Shown here piece after piece: positions 20,534 through 30,850 of a stretch of 64,000 bases of DNA. The notes under the pieces are model-generated. The model had not been told where the DNA came from, did no database searches, and was given only the letters and a program-made list of their open reading frames with translations. The DNA lies in contig CAVZKL010000016.1 in assembly GCA_963775895.1 (NCBI GenBank), positions 1-64,000 of the forward strand, in the 5' to 3' direction. This stretch comes from Candidatus Bathyarchaeota archaeon. GTDB taxonomy: Archaea > Thermoproteota > Bathyarchaeia > Bathyarchaeales > Bathycorpusculaceae. The translations under genes were made by a program, and so were the position numbers. Position 1 is the stretch's first letter; every line of letters begins with the position of its first letter.

Positions 20534-23500
20534 ATGTCTCAAGAAGAGATTGTTCGGAAAGTTGTTGATGAAATAAACTTTGGCATGTTCTCGCCGCAAG
20601 ACGTTAGAAAACTCTCAGTCGTGGAGATTCAGACACCAGACACGTACGACGAAGACGGTGCGCCCATATCGGCTGGCCTAATGGATGGCAGGTTGGGCAC
20701 GCTTGAGCCACGGCAGAGATGCAAGACATGCGGAAATACGGCAATTCGTTGCCCAGGACATTTCGGTCACATAGAACTTGCGGTTCCGATAATACACATC
20801 GAGTTTACAAAGATAATGTACGATCTTCTGAGAGCAACGTGCCGAAATTGTGGGCGTATACTACTTCCGGACGACGTAATCGATAAGGCCAAGACCCGGG
20901 TTGAGAAGACAAAACAACTTTTGGGACTGGTTCCTGATGAAGTCTACAAAACGATTATACAAGAGACAAAGAGAAAGCAGTGTCCACATTGCGCTGCTGC
21001 ACAGTACAAGATAACCTTTGAGAAACCGACGAAGTTCAGCGAGGTGATTCCTGAAAGCGGTTCTGAACCTTTGACACCGTCGATGGTTCGTGAAAGAATG
21101 GAGCGCATCACCGACGATGATCTTGAACTTCTGGGGTTCAATCCGAAGACTGCACGTCCCGAATGGATGGTTCTACAGGTTCTGCCAGTTCCGCCCGTGT
21201 ATGTTCGTCCGTCAATCACTCTGGAATCTGGCATCCGTTCGGAGGATGATTTGACACACAAACTTGTTGACATAATCAGAATAAACCAGAGACTCAAGGA
21301 GAACATGGATGCTGGAGCGCCAACACTGATCATTCAAGACTTGTCAGAACTGCTGCAATACCATGTGACCACGTACTTCAACAATGAAGCTTCAGGAATT
21401 CCCCCGGCACGGCATCGCTCTGGAAGGGCATTGAAGACTCTATCACAAAGGCTGAAGGGTAAAGAGGGAAGGTTTAGAAGCAATCTGTCAGGAAAGAGAG
21501 TGGACTTTTCAGCAAGAACTGTCGTTTCTCCCGATCCGAATCTTGATATAAACGAGGTCGGCGTGCCCCTTGAAATTGCGATGCGTCTGTCAGTCCCAGA
21601 AAAGGTGACTGAGTGGAACATTGAAGAGATGCGGGAACTCGTAAAGAACGGGCCTGAAAAGTATCCAGGAGTCTTGTACATCATCAGGCCGGACGGCAAA
21701 CGAATACGACTTGAATTCGTAGTGGATCGAGAGAAGATTGCTGAAGCGATTGAGTTAGGGTTCGTTGTCGAACGTCATCTTAAGAACGGAGACATAGCGA
21801 TCTTTAACCGTCAGCCTTCGCTTCATCGCATGTCCATTATGGCTCACTACGTGCGTGTTTTGCCGTACAAAACGTTCAGGCTTCACCTGTGTGTTTGTCC
21901 GCCATACAACGCGGATTTCGACGGCGACGAGATGAACTTGCACGTTCCTCAGAGCGAAGAAGCTCGGACTGAAGCATTGTTGCTTATGCAGGTTCAGGAT
22001 CAGATACTGTCGCCACGTTTTGGAGGGCCGATAATCGGAGCCATTCGAGATTTCATAACCTCTGCCTATTTGTTCACGAGATCGTCAAACTATTTGACGA
22101 GAAACGAAGTCAACAGACTGCTGTTGGGAGCGAAGTATGAGGGCGATATACCCGAACCCAAGATCAAACAGCCGCAACCGATGTGGTCAGGAAAACAGAT
22201 CTTCAGCCTATTTCTGCCCAAGGACATGAACTACGTTTTGAAGGCTAACATCTGCCAGGGGTGCATAAAATGTAAAGGGCAAGATTGTGAGTTCGACGCT
22301 TACGTGGTTGTGAAGAACGGCCAACTCGTGAGCGGAGTTATAGACAGGCGCTCTATTGGTGCTGAACAGTCTGAAAGCCTTCTGCATAGGATAATCAAGG
22401 ACTATGGGACACAGGCAGGACGAGAGTTCCTCAACAAGATAACGAGAATGCTGAAGTACTACATCTCCATGCGCGGTTTCACGTACGCCTACAACGAGTT
22501 GGTTCTCTCTCCGAAAGCCGAAGATAGAATAGGTAAGACTATGGAGAGAATTGAGAACAAAATCGAGGAGTTGATTGCAAGCTATCGAAAGGGGTCGCTG
22601 CCCCGATTGCCTGGACAAACGTTAGAGGACTCGTTTGAAATATACGTTATGAACGAGCTGGCAAAGGCAAGAGATGAATCAGGTAAGATAGCTGACGAAG
22701 ACTTCACTTTAGAAAACTCTGGTATTATCATGACGAGAACGGGCGCAAGGGGCTCAAGTCTCAACATCGGACAAATAAGCGCTTGCGTCGGACAGCAGTC
22801 GGTCCGTGGAAAGAGAATCCTTCGAGGGTATGTTGACCGCGCTCTGCCACACTTCCAAGCCGGAGACCAACGTCCTAAGGCAAGAGGGTTCGTTTATTCC
22901 TCATATCAAACAGGGCTTGACGTCATCGAGTTCTTCTTCCACGCGATGGGCGGCCGGGAAGGACTCGTCGACACTGCAGTCAGAACGCAACAAAGCGGTT
23001 ACATGCAGAGACGATTGATCAACGCACTTGAACACATACGTCTAGAGTATGACAGCACGGTTCGTAACTCGGCCGGAGATATAATCCAATTCCAATACGG
23101 AGAGGACGGAGTCGATCCAGCAAAAAGCGACCATGGAAAAGCTGTTAACGTGAATCGTCTGGTTGACCAAATTAAAATAGGGAAGGAAAGAGGCAAAGCT
23201 GCAACTAGCGAATTCGTCAAGGAAAAGCTGGATGAGGTTGAAGGTGAACTCACACCGATTTTGGTGGATCAGCTCAAACAGAACTTGTCCAAGAGCGAAT
23301 TGACAAAACCGGCAGTTGAGCAAGCGATCAATCTGACGGTTGATCGTTATAAGCGTGCACTCATGGAGCCAGGTGAGGCGGTGGGTATTGTCGCGGCGCA
23401 ATCCATTGGTGAACCTGGTACGCAGATGACTCTCAGAACATTCCACTACGCAGGCGTGAGAGAACAAAACGTGACTTTGGGTTTACCCAGACTCATCGAA

Positions 23501-24355
23501 ATTGTTGATGCTAGAAGAATTCCGTCTACGCCGATCATGAAGATTTACTTGACGGAGGAGTTCAGAAAGAGCAGGGAGGCGGCGGTGAAAGTAGCTCGCG
23601 AAATCGTTTATACTACGATGGAGAACTTGGCCGAAGCAGTCTACTTGGATCCTATCCACGACGAGATAATCATAGAGCTCAACAAGACGATGATGGAAGA
23701 CCGTGAAGTGACTCTGGACTATCTGAAGGAGAAGCTTGAGCTTCCAAACGTCACGGTGAAATCGAAGGGCAACAGTATTCGGATTCAACCGAAGAAAGTT
23801 GAAACTATCAAGAAGTTGCTTGGGAAAGTCTCCGCTTTCCACGTCAAGGGCGTACCCGGCATAAAGCGTGTGCTGGTCACTGAAGAACACGGTGAATGGG
23901 TAATCAATACGGACGGTTCAAACCTACCGAGAGTCTTAGAAATTCCTGGAGTCGACAGTTCAAGAACTACCACGAACAATGTTCACGAAATAGCCAAGAC
24001 GTTGGGCGTTGAAGCAGCGAGAAATGCGTTGATAAACGAAGCTAAAGGAGTCTTGGAAGAGCAGGGGTTGGACGTTGATACACGTCACGTCATGCTCGTG
24101 GCGGATATGATGACCTCCACCGGTGAAGTCCAGCAGATAGGCAGGCACGGCATCAGCGGCAAGAAATCAAGCGTCCTCGCGCGAGCCGCGTTTGAAATCA
24201 CCGTTCCCAACATCGTTGAGGCCGCCGTCAAAGGTGAAAGCGATCCTCTCGCGGGAGTAACCGAAAACGTAATAGTGGGGCAGTCAATACCAATAGGCAC
24301 AGGTTTAGTGGAGTTGTACATGTCCACGTTCGAAAAGAAGAGTGAAAAGAAGTGA
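20534..24355 (+). CDS. rpoA: RNA polymerase subunit A (Rpo1), A' and A'' in one ORF
   Basis: NADFDGD catalytic motif and AQSIGEPGTQMTL in one 1273-aa ORF. Confidence 0.99.
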   Translation: MSQEEIVRKVVDEINFGMFSPQDVRKLSVVEIQTPDTYDEDGAPISAGLMDGRLGTLEPRQRCKTCGNTAIRCPGHFGHIELAVPIIHIEFTKIMYDLLRATCRNCGRILLPDDVIDKAKTRVEKTKQLLGLVPDEVYKTIIQETKRKQCPHCAAAQYKITFEKPTKFSEVIPESGSEPLTPSMVRERMERITDDDLELLGFNPKTARPEWMVLQVLPVPPVYVRPSITLESGIRSEDDLTHKLVDIIRINQRLKENMDAGAPTLIIQDLSELLQYHVTTYFNNEASGIPPARHRSGRALKTLSQRLKGKEGRFRSNLSGKRVDFSARTVVSPDPNLDINEVGVPLEIAMRLSVPEKVTEWNIEEMRELVKNGPEKYPGVLYIIRPDGKRIRLEFVVDREKIAEAIELGFVVERHLKNGDIAIFNRQPSLHRMSIMAHYVRVLPYKTFRLHLCVCPPYNADFDGDEMNLHVPQSEEARTEALLLMQVQDQILSPRFGGPIIGAIRDFITSAYLFTRSSNYLTRNEVNRLLLGAKYEGDIPEPKIKQPQPMWSGKQIFSLFLPKDMNYVLKANICQGCIKCKGQDCEFDAYVVVKNGQLVSGVIDRRSIGAEQSESLLHRIIKDYGTQAGREFLNKITRMLKYYISMRGFTYAYNELVLSPKAEDRIGKTMERIENKIEELIASYRKGSLPRLPGQTLEDSFEIYVMNELAKARDESGKIADEDFTLENSGIIMTRTGARGSSLNIGQISACVGQQSVRGKRILRGYVDRALPHFQAGDQRPKARGFVYSSYQTGLDVIEFFFHAMGGREGLVDTAVRTQQSGYMQRRLINALEHIRLEYDSTVRNSAGDIIQFQYGEDGVDPAKSDHGKAVNVNRLVDQIKIGKERGKAATSEFVKEKLDEVEGELTPILVDQLKQNLSKSELTKPAVEQAINLTVDRYKRALMEPGEAVGIVAAQSIGEPGTQMTLRTFHYAGVREQNVTLGLPRLIEIVDARRIPSTPIMKIYLTEEFRKSREAAVKVAREIVYTTMENLAEAVYLDPIHDEIIIELNKTMMEDREVTLDYLKEKLELPNVTVKSKGNSIRIQPKKVETIKKLLGKVSAFHVKGVPGIKRVLVTEEHGEWVINTDGSNLPRVLEIPGVDSSRTTTNNVHEIAKTLGVEAARNALINEAKGVLEEQGLDVDTRHVMLVADMMTSTGEVQQIGRHGISGKKSSVLARAAFEITVPNIVEAAVKGESDPLAGVTENVIVGQSIPIGTGLVELYMSTFEKKSEKK

Positions 24356-24687
24356 TAGACGTAGACAAAGCAATTGCTGCGGCTGTAAAAACAGGCAAAG
24401 TGTCTTTTGGGGCAAGCTCAGCTGTTCAGAACGCGCAAAGTGGAAGAGCCAAGCTAATAATAATCGCAGCTAACGCACCAAAGAACGCGCGCGGAGACGT
24501 TGAGTACTACACTAAGCTTTCAAAAGTCCCATTGATCGTTTACAAGGGATCGTCGCTGGATTTGGCAGCCGTGTGTGGCAAACCGTTCGCTGTATCAGCG
24601 TTAAGTATAAGAGAGCCAGGCGACTCAGAAATCCTCAAATTGACGGAAAAAGCTGAGCCTGAGGAATCCGGCGGAGGAAATGAATGA
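24352..24687 (+). CDS. rpl30e: 50S ribosomal protein L30e
   Basis: AVKTGKV.FG, CGKPF.VS. Confidence 0.95.
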   Translation: MIDVDKAIAAAVKTGKVSFGASSAVQNAQSGRAKLIIIAANAPKNARGDVEYYTKLSKVPLIVYKGSSLDLAAVCGKPFAVSALSIREPGDSEILKLTEKAEPEESGGGNE

Positions 24688-25121
24688 CCACGGGCATAAA
24701 GTTCACCAGCAACGAGATGCGCTACATCGCTTTGTTTGAAAACATTACGAGTGCCAGCGTCAAAGACTGCATAATTGACGAAGAACAAGGGCGGGTTCTA
24801 TATGTTGTTAACGAAGGACAAGTGGGCGTTGCTATTGGAAGAGGCGGAAGGAACATTCATACTCTTGAGAGAATGACTGGTAAAAAACACGAGATAATTG
24901 AATACGCCGAAGAACCCGCGCAGTTTATCAAGAACGCCTTGAAACCCGCTTCCGTCAAAGAAGTGCGCATAACCGAAAGACCCGACGGCAAATCAATAGC
25001 CGTTGTTGCGGTGAACCCGAAGGACAAGGGCGTGGCAATAGGGAAGAATGGCAGAAACGCCGAGAGACTTCGTTTCCTAGCGAAAAGATACTTTGATATC
25101 CAAAATGTAAGCATAACATAA
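24684..25121 (+). CDS. nusA: Archaeal NusA
   Basis: Two KH motifs AIGRGG / AIGKNG. Confidence 0.95.
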   Translation: MTTGIKFTSNEMRYIALFENITSASVKDCIIDEEQGRVLYVVNEGQVGVAIGRGGRNIHTLERMTGKKHEIIEYAEEPAQFIKNALKPASVKEVRITERPDGKSIAVVAVNPKDKGVAIGKNGRNAERLRFLAKRYFDIQNVSIT

Positions 25122-25144
25122 GTTGGAAGAGAGGTATCGAGAAC

Positions 25145-25324
25145 ATGAAACTTCTGGCAAGAATGAGTCTAAACATTTTGCTGCTAGTTTCTGCTCTAGT
25201 CAGCGTGGCTGAAGCCACAGACAACTCTTTTACGTCGCAGTTCTTGGGAAGCCCACTGCTGATTCTGGTGGCCTTAATAATAATCGACGCAATAGCTTTT
25301 GCATACCACAGAATACGCAAGTAA
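25145..25324 (+). CDS. 59-aa membrane microprotein
   Basis: MKLLARMSLNILLLVSALVSVAEA-TDNSF...LLILVALIIIDAIAFAYHRIRK; GAGGT upstream. Confidence 0.6.
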   Translation: MKLLARMSLNILLLVSALVSVAEATDNSFTSQFLGSPLLILVALIIIDAIAFAYHRIRK

Positions 25325-25373
25325 GGGTATGCACTGTTCTTTTTCTTCGAAAAAATTGGAGGCATGAACATTT

Positions 25374-25961
25374 TTAGGCTTTCGTTTCTGCGTTCAGAAG
25401 CATGTCAATCAAGGCTTTCTGGTCGACTTCTGCTCGAGTTCTCCAATCTAGATACATTTGACCGCTTTCATCTTGCGTCAAATATCCGTATCTGATGTAT
25501 CTCTCGATGTTCAGTCCCACTTTCCATCCGGGTAGCTTTTCTCGCAGGAGCGCTTCAACCTCATCCCTTGACGCTTTGCCCTTCTTGGACGTGATGTAGG
25601 CAATGGTAATTGCCAGTCCTGCGAAGTCGTCTATTCTCCATCCAATCATCTTTGCTTCTTTGGGGACCAGATTGCCTCGCAATGCGACGTAGTGTCTGGC
25701 TCTGTCCAATTGTTCTAGGGAGGGCTTCTCTATCTTTCTCTCTTCCTCAAACACTGTCTTGACTTCTAAGTCCAGATTCTTCAGATAGTCGTCAAGAATC
25801 TTGAGCACTTTCGGGTAGTCTGACCCCAAAGCCTTGCGGAGTTCCCAGCCTTTCACTCCTGGTTTGGCATGACGTTTGAAGAACAAGATGTGTATAGCCC
25901 TTTTCAATTTACTGGCGTAAGCGGCTTTTCTCTTGCTCATTCGAGTTCTCCTCGCTTCCAC
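25374..25961 (-). CDS. Tandem winged-helix kite-like protein (Nse1/ScpB-like)
   Basis: Two WH repeats, GYL..ESGQMYLDWRTRAEV; coupled to the SMC operon. Confidence 0.6.
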   Translation of the reverse strand: MEARRTRMSKRKAAYASKLKRAIHILFFKRHAKPGVKGWELRKALGSDYPKVLKILDDYLKNLDLEVKTVFEEERKIEKPSLEQLDRARHYVALRGNLVPKEAKMIGWRIDDFAGLAITIAYITSKKGKASRDEVEALLREKLPGWKVGLNIERYIRYGYLTQDESGQMYLDWRTRAEVDQKALIDMLLNAETKA

Positions 25962-26764
25962 TTCTGCCAGTCTGCGGCTGAAACGGATATGGGCACAGAC
26001 ACCAGCTGTTTCATCCCTGTTTTGGCCACGGGCTTTTCGTAGGGCACTAAGAACGTTTCTTCCTCTAACGGATGAATTTCCAGAGTAGCGTAACCGTAGG
26101 TCACGAGAAAACTTGTGAGAAAGGCCCTGTTCACGGTTTCTTCATAAGTGTCGGCGCCGATGAAATCCCAGTAGCGGATCTTTCCTTTCTCTCCTTTGCC
26201 TGCGACGGTTTTCTTGAGTTCTTGCCAGAAAATTTCCAATTCTTCCGAGAAAGTCTTGTCTCGCAGTATTCTTTGACGAACGAGTTCTTCGCGAGTCATG
26301 GAACCTATGTCAACTTGTTCTGGCGGTGTTTCTTTCCATCTGTCTTCCAATGGCACGAGAGTGTTCCAGTATCTTATGGCCTCCGCCATGCTGTGGAGAG
26401 ATATCTGTTCCCATTCGATCAAGGGATGCCAAGATTTCAGAAAGGTTCTTGCGATTTCCCCTTTCTCCATTTTCTTAAGCTTGTCTTCTAGCAGAAACGG
26501 GTCCGTGTAGAGTGATGTTGACCTGTGTTTCACCCATTCGCTTTGCAGTTTGACCACGGAAGCCAGGCGATGCAATGTTTCGGCGTCAAGACACAGATCT
26601 TCTGGGATCATCCATTCTGGAAAGTGTTCTTTCACGGTGCCTATGTTGGCGCTAATGTCTATCAAGAATGGGTCGAGTGAGCGTTCTTCGACCGACTTGC
26701 ACGTTTCGATTATGCGCCGAAGCTTCTCTCTGCCGAGCTTCTCGTGGGCTTTCTTGGAGTGCAT
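25937..26764 (-). CDS. Kleisin/ScpA-like protein
   Basis: LDPFLIDI N-terminal motif, C-terminal WH RAFLTSFLVTYG; overlaps the SMC gene. Confidence 0.6.
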   Translation of the reverse strand: MHSKKAHEKLGREKLRRIIETCKSVEERSLDPFLIDISANIGTVKEHFPEWMIPEDLCLDAETLHRLASVVKLQSEWVKHRSTSLYTDPFLLEDKLKKMEKGEIARTFLKSWHPLIEWEQISLHSMAEAIRYWNTLVPLEDRWKETPPEQVDIGSMTREELVRQRILRDKTFSEELEIFWQELKKTVAGKGEKGKIRYWDFIGADTYEETVNRAFLTSFLVTYGYATLEIHPLEEETFLVPYEKPVAKTGMKQLVSVPISVSAADWQKWKRGELE

Positions 26765-28728
26765 CAGGCTACCTCTCTGATTATGGATTTGCCTTCGATG
26801 TTCTGCACGGTGATTATGTTGACTCCATTTTTGTCGAAGCTTATTTGACTCGGCGTGATTAGTAGGTATTGTGCTGTAGAATTGTTGACTCTCGCTACGA
26901 GCATTTGCGCGATCATTTCACGGTTTTTCGGGTCCATGTGAATATCGTATTCGTCTACAGCTCTGAAAGGAGATCGTACGTGCTGCTGCAGAGCTAGGAG
27001 AAAACTCATAATTGCTGTCGTTCTCTCTCCACCGCTCTGCGTGTAAGCGTCAAGCGGCACTGGTTTTCCGCCTTTGAACCCAACGAGAATTTCCAGGCCT
27101 GCTGCTTCTATATCCTGCCCGTTGGCAAGTTTAACCTCGCCCACTGCTTGGGTTTGCGTCAGTGTCTTCTGGTATTCTAGGTTAACTCGATCCAAAAGAG
27201 TCTCCAACACCGTCCGCCACGCTTGCATTCTGGTCTTCACTTCTTCCAGCGTCTTTTCACGGTTTTCGGCGACGAGCTGAGTCTTCTCTTTCAGTTCTAG
27301 GTAGAGCTTTGAGTAGGATTCGTACATGTGTTCAACGTCCTCAGAGACGTCCGAAAGTGCGGCCAAGTGTCCTTCTGTGACGCGCATCTCGTCGAGGATT
27401 TCGTCTGTGTCTTTTGTTGATGCCACTCTTGGGCCTACGGTTTCAGCTTTGCTCACGGCCTCTTCCAATCGAGTTCTTGCTTCTTTGAGGCTTCTGTCCA
27501 GATCTCGTAAGCTGGTAGTTGCATTTTCGCCGCGATATTGTAGGACTGCAAGCTCAATTCGAGAGTCCAGGATTTGGTTGCTCACCTTTTCGGTTGCTTC
27601 GTCCCAGTTCCTGTATCTGGATTGATTCCTCTCTATTTCGGCGTCCAGTTTTGACGAGTTCTCCTTCGAGTTTTGAATGAGTTCTTTGAGTTGTTCACTT
27701 CTGAGAAGCTTGATCTGAACCGTCTTCTTCGTTGAAGACGTGTTTCCAGGACGCGCGCCTCTGCCCAGATTCTCACTAATCGTCTCCAGCATTGACGTTT
27801 CTTTAAGCAGTTCTTCATAGAGGGAAGCCGTCGATGAGGTGCTTGCTTTCTGGCGTTCAAAATCTAGACGCTCGTCTAGGAGTCTTCTCCATTCATTCTT
27901 CAGCTTTTGGCGTTCATTCTCTTGAGCCTGCAGGTCATCTTTCGTAGATTTTGTCTTTTCTTCGATTTGGTTCAGAATTTCTTGCTGTTTGTTCCTGCTG
28001 TTCTCAAGCTGTCTCGATGTTTGCTCTTTTCTCGTGACCTCGGCCCATGCCAATTCTCGTTCGAGGAACCTTCTTTTGGAGAGCAACTGTTTTTTCTCTT
28101 GGTAGCGGTCATATTGTTCTCTCCAATAGTTGAGCGTCTGCTCAGCCGATTCCAAAAGCTTGCTCATAGACTCTTCTTGGCTGAGAATGCGTGTCAACTT
28201 TTTCTGAGCTTGCACGACGTTTTCTCGGTAGGGTTCCAACCCGACCGCAGCTTCGACGATTCGTAGTTTTTCCTGCGTAGAAAGCACGGTGAACTGTTCA
28301 ACCATGTTTTGATGCATTATTATCAGTATGTTGTCGGGGTCGACACCCAACTTTCCCAGGAATCTTTGAACGTCATTCTTTGTGACGGCGCGGTTCTCAA
28401 GCGAGAACCAGTACGTGCCATCCCTTCGCAGGACGCGAGTGAGAAAGAGTTGGTCTTTGTTGTATTTTGGAATGGGTCTATTATTTCCTTTTCTCGTGTT
28501 ATCAAGGACTAGCGTTACACGTCCCTGATCTTTGCCCCATCGAATGAGATCGCTCAGTTTCTTGGATCTCTCCGTGTACGACTGTCCCAAGGCCACGGAT
28601 ATGGCTAACAGAAGGGATGATTTGCCTGAACCGTTGGGTCCACAGATGACGTTGACGCCCGCCCTGAAGGGTACCCTAGCATACTCATAGCTCATGAAGT
28701 TCTCTAGGATTACCTCTTGAATCAACAT
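26764..28728 (-). CDS. Short SMC-family ATPase (Smc5/6-like head)
   Basis: LENFMSY, GPNGSGKS, QSGGE, PFRAVDEYDIHMD; coiled coil between; 654 aa. Confidence 0.9.
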   Translation of the reverse strand: MLIQEVILENFMSYEYARVPFRAGVNVICGPNGSGKSSLLLAISVALGQSYTERSKKLSDLIRWGKDQGRVTLVLDNTRKGNNRPIPKYNKDQLFLTRVLRRDGTYWFSLENRAVTKNDVQRFLGKLGVDPDNILIIMHQNMVEQFTVLSTQEKLRIVEAAVGLEPYRENVVQAQKKLTRILSQEESMSKLLESAEQTLNYWREQYDRYQEKKQLLSKRRFLERELAWAEVTRKEQTSRQLENSRNKQQEILNQIEEKTKSTKDDLQAQENERQKLKNEWRRLLDERLDFERQKASTSSTASLYEELLKETSMLETISENLGRGARPGNTSSTKKTVQIKLLRSEQLKELIQNSKENSSKLDAEIERNQSRYRNWDEATEKVSNQILDSRIELAVLQYRGENATTSLRDLDRSLKEARTRLEEAVSKAETVGPRVASTKDTDEILDEMRVTEGHLAALSDVSEDVEHMYESYSKLYLELKEKTQLVAENREKTLEEVKTRMQAWRTVLETLLDRVNLEYQKTLTQTQAVGEVKLANGQDIEAAGLEILVGFKGGKPVPLDAYTQSGGERTTAIMSFLLALQQHVRSPFRAVDEYDIHMDPKNREMIAQMLVARVNNSTAQYLLITPSQISFDKNGVNIITVQNIEGKSIIREVA

Positions 28729-28780
28729 CTATGGTATTTCCTGATAGAGTAGGTAATAATGTTAAAAACACTCTTATTAA

Positions 28781-28820
28781 AACAAATAGTACAGTTCTAC
28801 AACAAATAATGTAGTTCTCG
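28781..28820 (+). repeat. Imperfect 20-bp tandem repeat
   Basis: aacaaatagtacagttctac / aacaaataatgtagttctcg. Confidence 0.6.
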
Positions 28821-28822
28821 GG

Positions 28823-28963
28823 TCACTTAGGTCTCCTGAAAATGCTTAAACCGTCCATGTCCAAGATGTGTGTCCAACCATCTTCAACGAGTTTTCGAGC
28901 TTCCTCGACGGTTCTTGCGGTTGCGGAGTAGTATTGGTCTTCTACCGTGTCAACATAGTGCGT
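28823..28963 (-). pseudogene. C-terminal remnant of a tyrosine integrase
   Basis: THYVDTVEDQYYSATARTVEEARKLVEDGWTHILDMDGLSIFRRPK-stop resembles the tail I recall for Bathyarchaeia integrases; no start, no catalytic domain. Confidence 0.65.
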
Positions 28964-29344
28964 AGGAAAAGTGAAAAAAGGTTTGACCTAGAAGCCCGCG
29001 AGCGTGCGCGAAAAAGAATTTCGAGATTTGAAAGAGAGATTTGAAGTATAATCCGTTCTCTTGTTCCTTGTATTGCGTGCGTATGAGGTGCTATTTCACT
29101 TGCTGAACCAATCCAAATTCACTCATACATCTCAATCGCAGAATGCTTTCACGTGTGTAGTTTAATTACTGTTGGATTTCATCGACGGAGAGAGGGCGAT
29201 CTTCCTTTTGCAGGACACCAAGAATTTTCGCTATTTCTCCAAACAGACGGCTCAAGAGCAAATACCCGAACCAAGAGTCATGGCATGTCTACTAGTGCAT
29301 TTGGAAATTAGCGCGCGCGCTGAATCCAAGTGGGGACTTTTGAT

Positions 29345-29875
29345 TCAACGGTTTCTTCCGAATTCGTCGAAACTCGCTATCTTTTCTAGACTCTTCTTTC
29401 TGCGTACGAAATGCAGAACCTTGCTGGTCAACTCTAGTTTTTCACGGTGATAACCAACAGCAAGCAGAGCGACCACCCGGAATCTTTCAGGTATTTTCAA
29501 CAGGCTCTTTACTCTTTCTTCACTGAAACTTCCCACCCAGCACGTGCCGAGACCTTCCGCCGTGGCCGTTAAGACCATGTTTTGCATCGCTATCGCAACG
29601 TCAACAGCGTACCAATTGGGCGATGCTTTCTGGTCACCGCAACCAACGATTGTAACGGGCGATTCGGCAAGAAACCTTGCATATCTACCACCCTTTGCCA
29701 ACACCTCTCTTTTTTCACGGTCCGCAACGACTATGAAGTGCCATGGTTGAATGCTTCCTGCAGACGGAGCCAGCCTTGCAGCTTCCAGAATCCTATCGAG
29801 CTTCTCATCTGGAACGGGTGTTGACTCGTAAGCGCGAGCTGAATGTCTCTTCTGAACTGCTTCGAAAACGTCCAT
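29345..29875 (-). CDS. Nitroreductase family protein
   Basis: RHSARAY, APSAGSIQPW, GLGTCW. Confidence 0.93.
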   Translation of the reverse strand: MDVFEAVQKRHSARAYESTPVPDEKLDRILEAARLAPSAGSIQPWHFIVVADREKREVLAKGGRYARFLAESPVTIVGCGDQKASPNWYAVDVAIAMQNMVLTATAEGLGTCWVGSFSEERVKSLLKIPERFRVVALLAVGYHREKLELTSKVLHFVRRKKSLEKIASFDEFGRNR

Positions 29876-29980
29876 CTCTATCCCGTCATGAAAGAGTATT
29901 CTTCAAAGTCAAGGCTATAGAGATTTTCCTATGTGCACCCGCGTCGTGGAAGGTTTTTTGGTGCGCTCAAAGAAAATCGA

Positions 29981-30721
29981 CTAGACACTTCGTTGCTTCA
30001 GCCTGGTGAGAGAGCTCCTTTTTATTGTTGGTTTATATCTTGATCCGGCCCAAATTTCCTCCAATTGAGCCTTCCCTTTTTCTGTGAGATTGAAGGTTAC
30101 CCCAACACCGTCGGATCCCCATGTCTCTTCTAATAATCCTCTCTTGACAAGCCTTGTTATCGTTTGTTTGGAAATGCTAAATCGTTCGTGTAGGTCGAGA
30201 AATGGCAAAGACCTACTTAGCAATGCTTGAAACAACTTGGCCTTTTCCGCACATTGCAGAGGCCCTGACTTGCTGTTTGCGGGCTTCTGGTACCGTGGCG
30301 CACACGCAAGGTTCGATCTTGCACGGCTTCCAGAAATTGCTCTTGCTGAGGTCACATTTAGCTTTGATATGAGAGAACAGTTAGCTTTTGGTTTCGTCGT
30401 ATGATCCTCTGGGCTAGTTTTGTTGCTGAGTCTTGGAAGGTCGTCGTTCTCAAGTAGAGTGAAACTTGTCTCCTTCCAAGTGTGGGTTGGGCTCTTGTGA
30501 TGAACGTATACAAATCCGCCAAGTTTCTTCAGGTTGCCGCTCGAGTCTTTGACAGTTTGAAATACGGGAGCTTCACTGACTAGGACTCGGCCCGACCTCG
30601 CAGCTTTCTGAAGATGGAAAACCGCAGTCTTTCTTGAAACTCCATAGTGCTCGGCTATCTCGTGAACAAATCGTGGTCTTGACAAGAACTCTAAGAGGTC
30701 GATTCTGCGCGGTTTCCTCAT
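29981..30721 (-). CDS. Protein with N- and C-terminal winged-helix motifs
   Basis: EIAEHYGVSRKTAVFHL; ISKQTITRLVKRGLL...LTEKG. Confidence 0.6.
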   Translation of the reverse strand: MRKPRRIDLLEFLSRPRFVHEIAEHYGVSRKTAVFHLQKAARSGRVLVSEAPVFQTVKDSSGNLKKLGGFVYVHHKSPTHTWKETSFTLLENDDLPRLSNKTSPEDHTTKPKANCSLISKLNVTSARAISGSRARSNLACAPRYQKPANSKSGPLQCAEKAKLFQALLSRSLPFLDLHERFSISKQTITRLVKRGLLEETWGSDGVGVTFNLTEKGKAQLEEIWAGSRYKPTIKRSSLTRLKQRSV

Positions 30722-30850
30722 GTCTAACCACGTGAAAAAGAGTCATCCAGAGGTTATAAATGTATCCAGCGCATAATTATTGACAAGGCATTGGGCAAGA
30801 ACGGATAAATATTTGGTCCTTGACATTTCGATTGACTTGGGAGAGAGTGG

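Noticed and set aside
20534-24355. Fused RpoA'/A'' as a novelty
   Set aside because: Unsplit Rpo1 is already known in Thaumarchaeota, Korarchaeota and related lineages
17161-28728. Numerous antisense ORFs in the track
   Set aside because: Shadows of well-supported genes on the opposite strand
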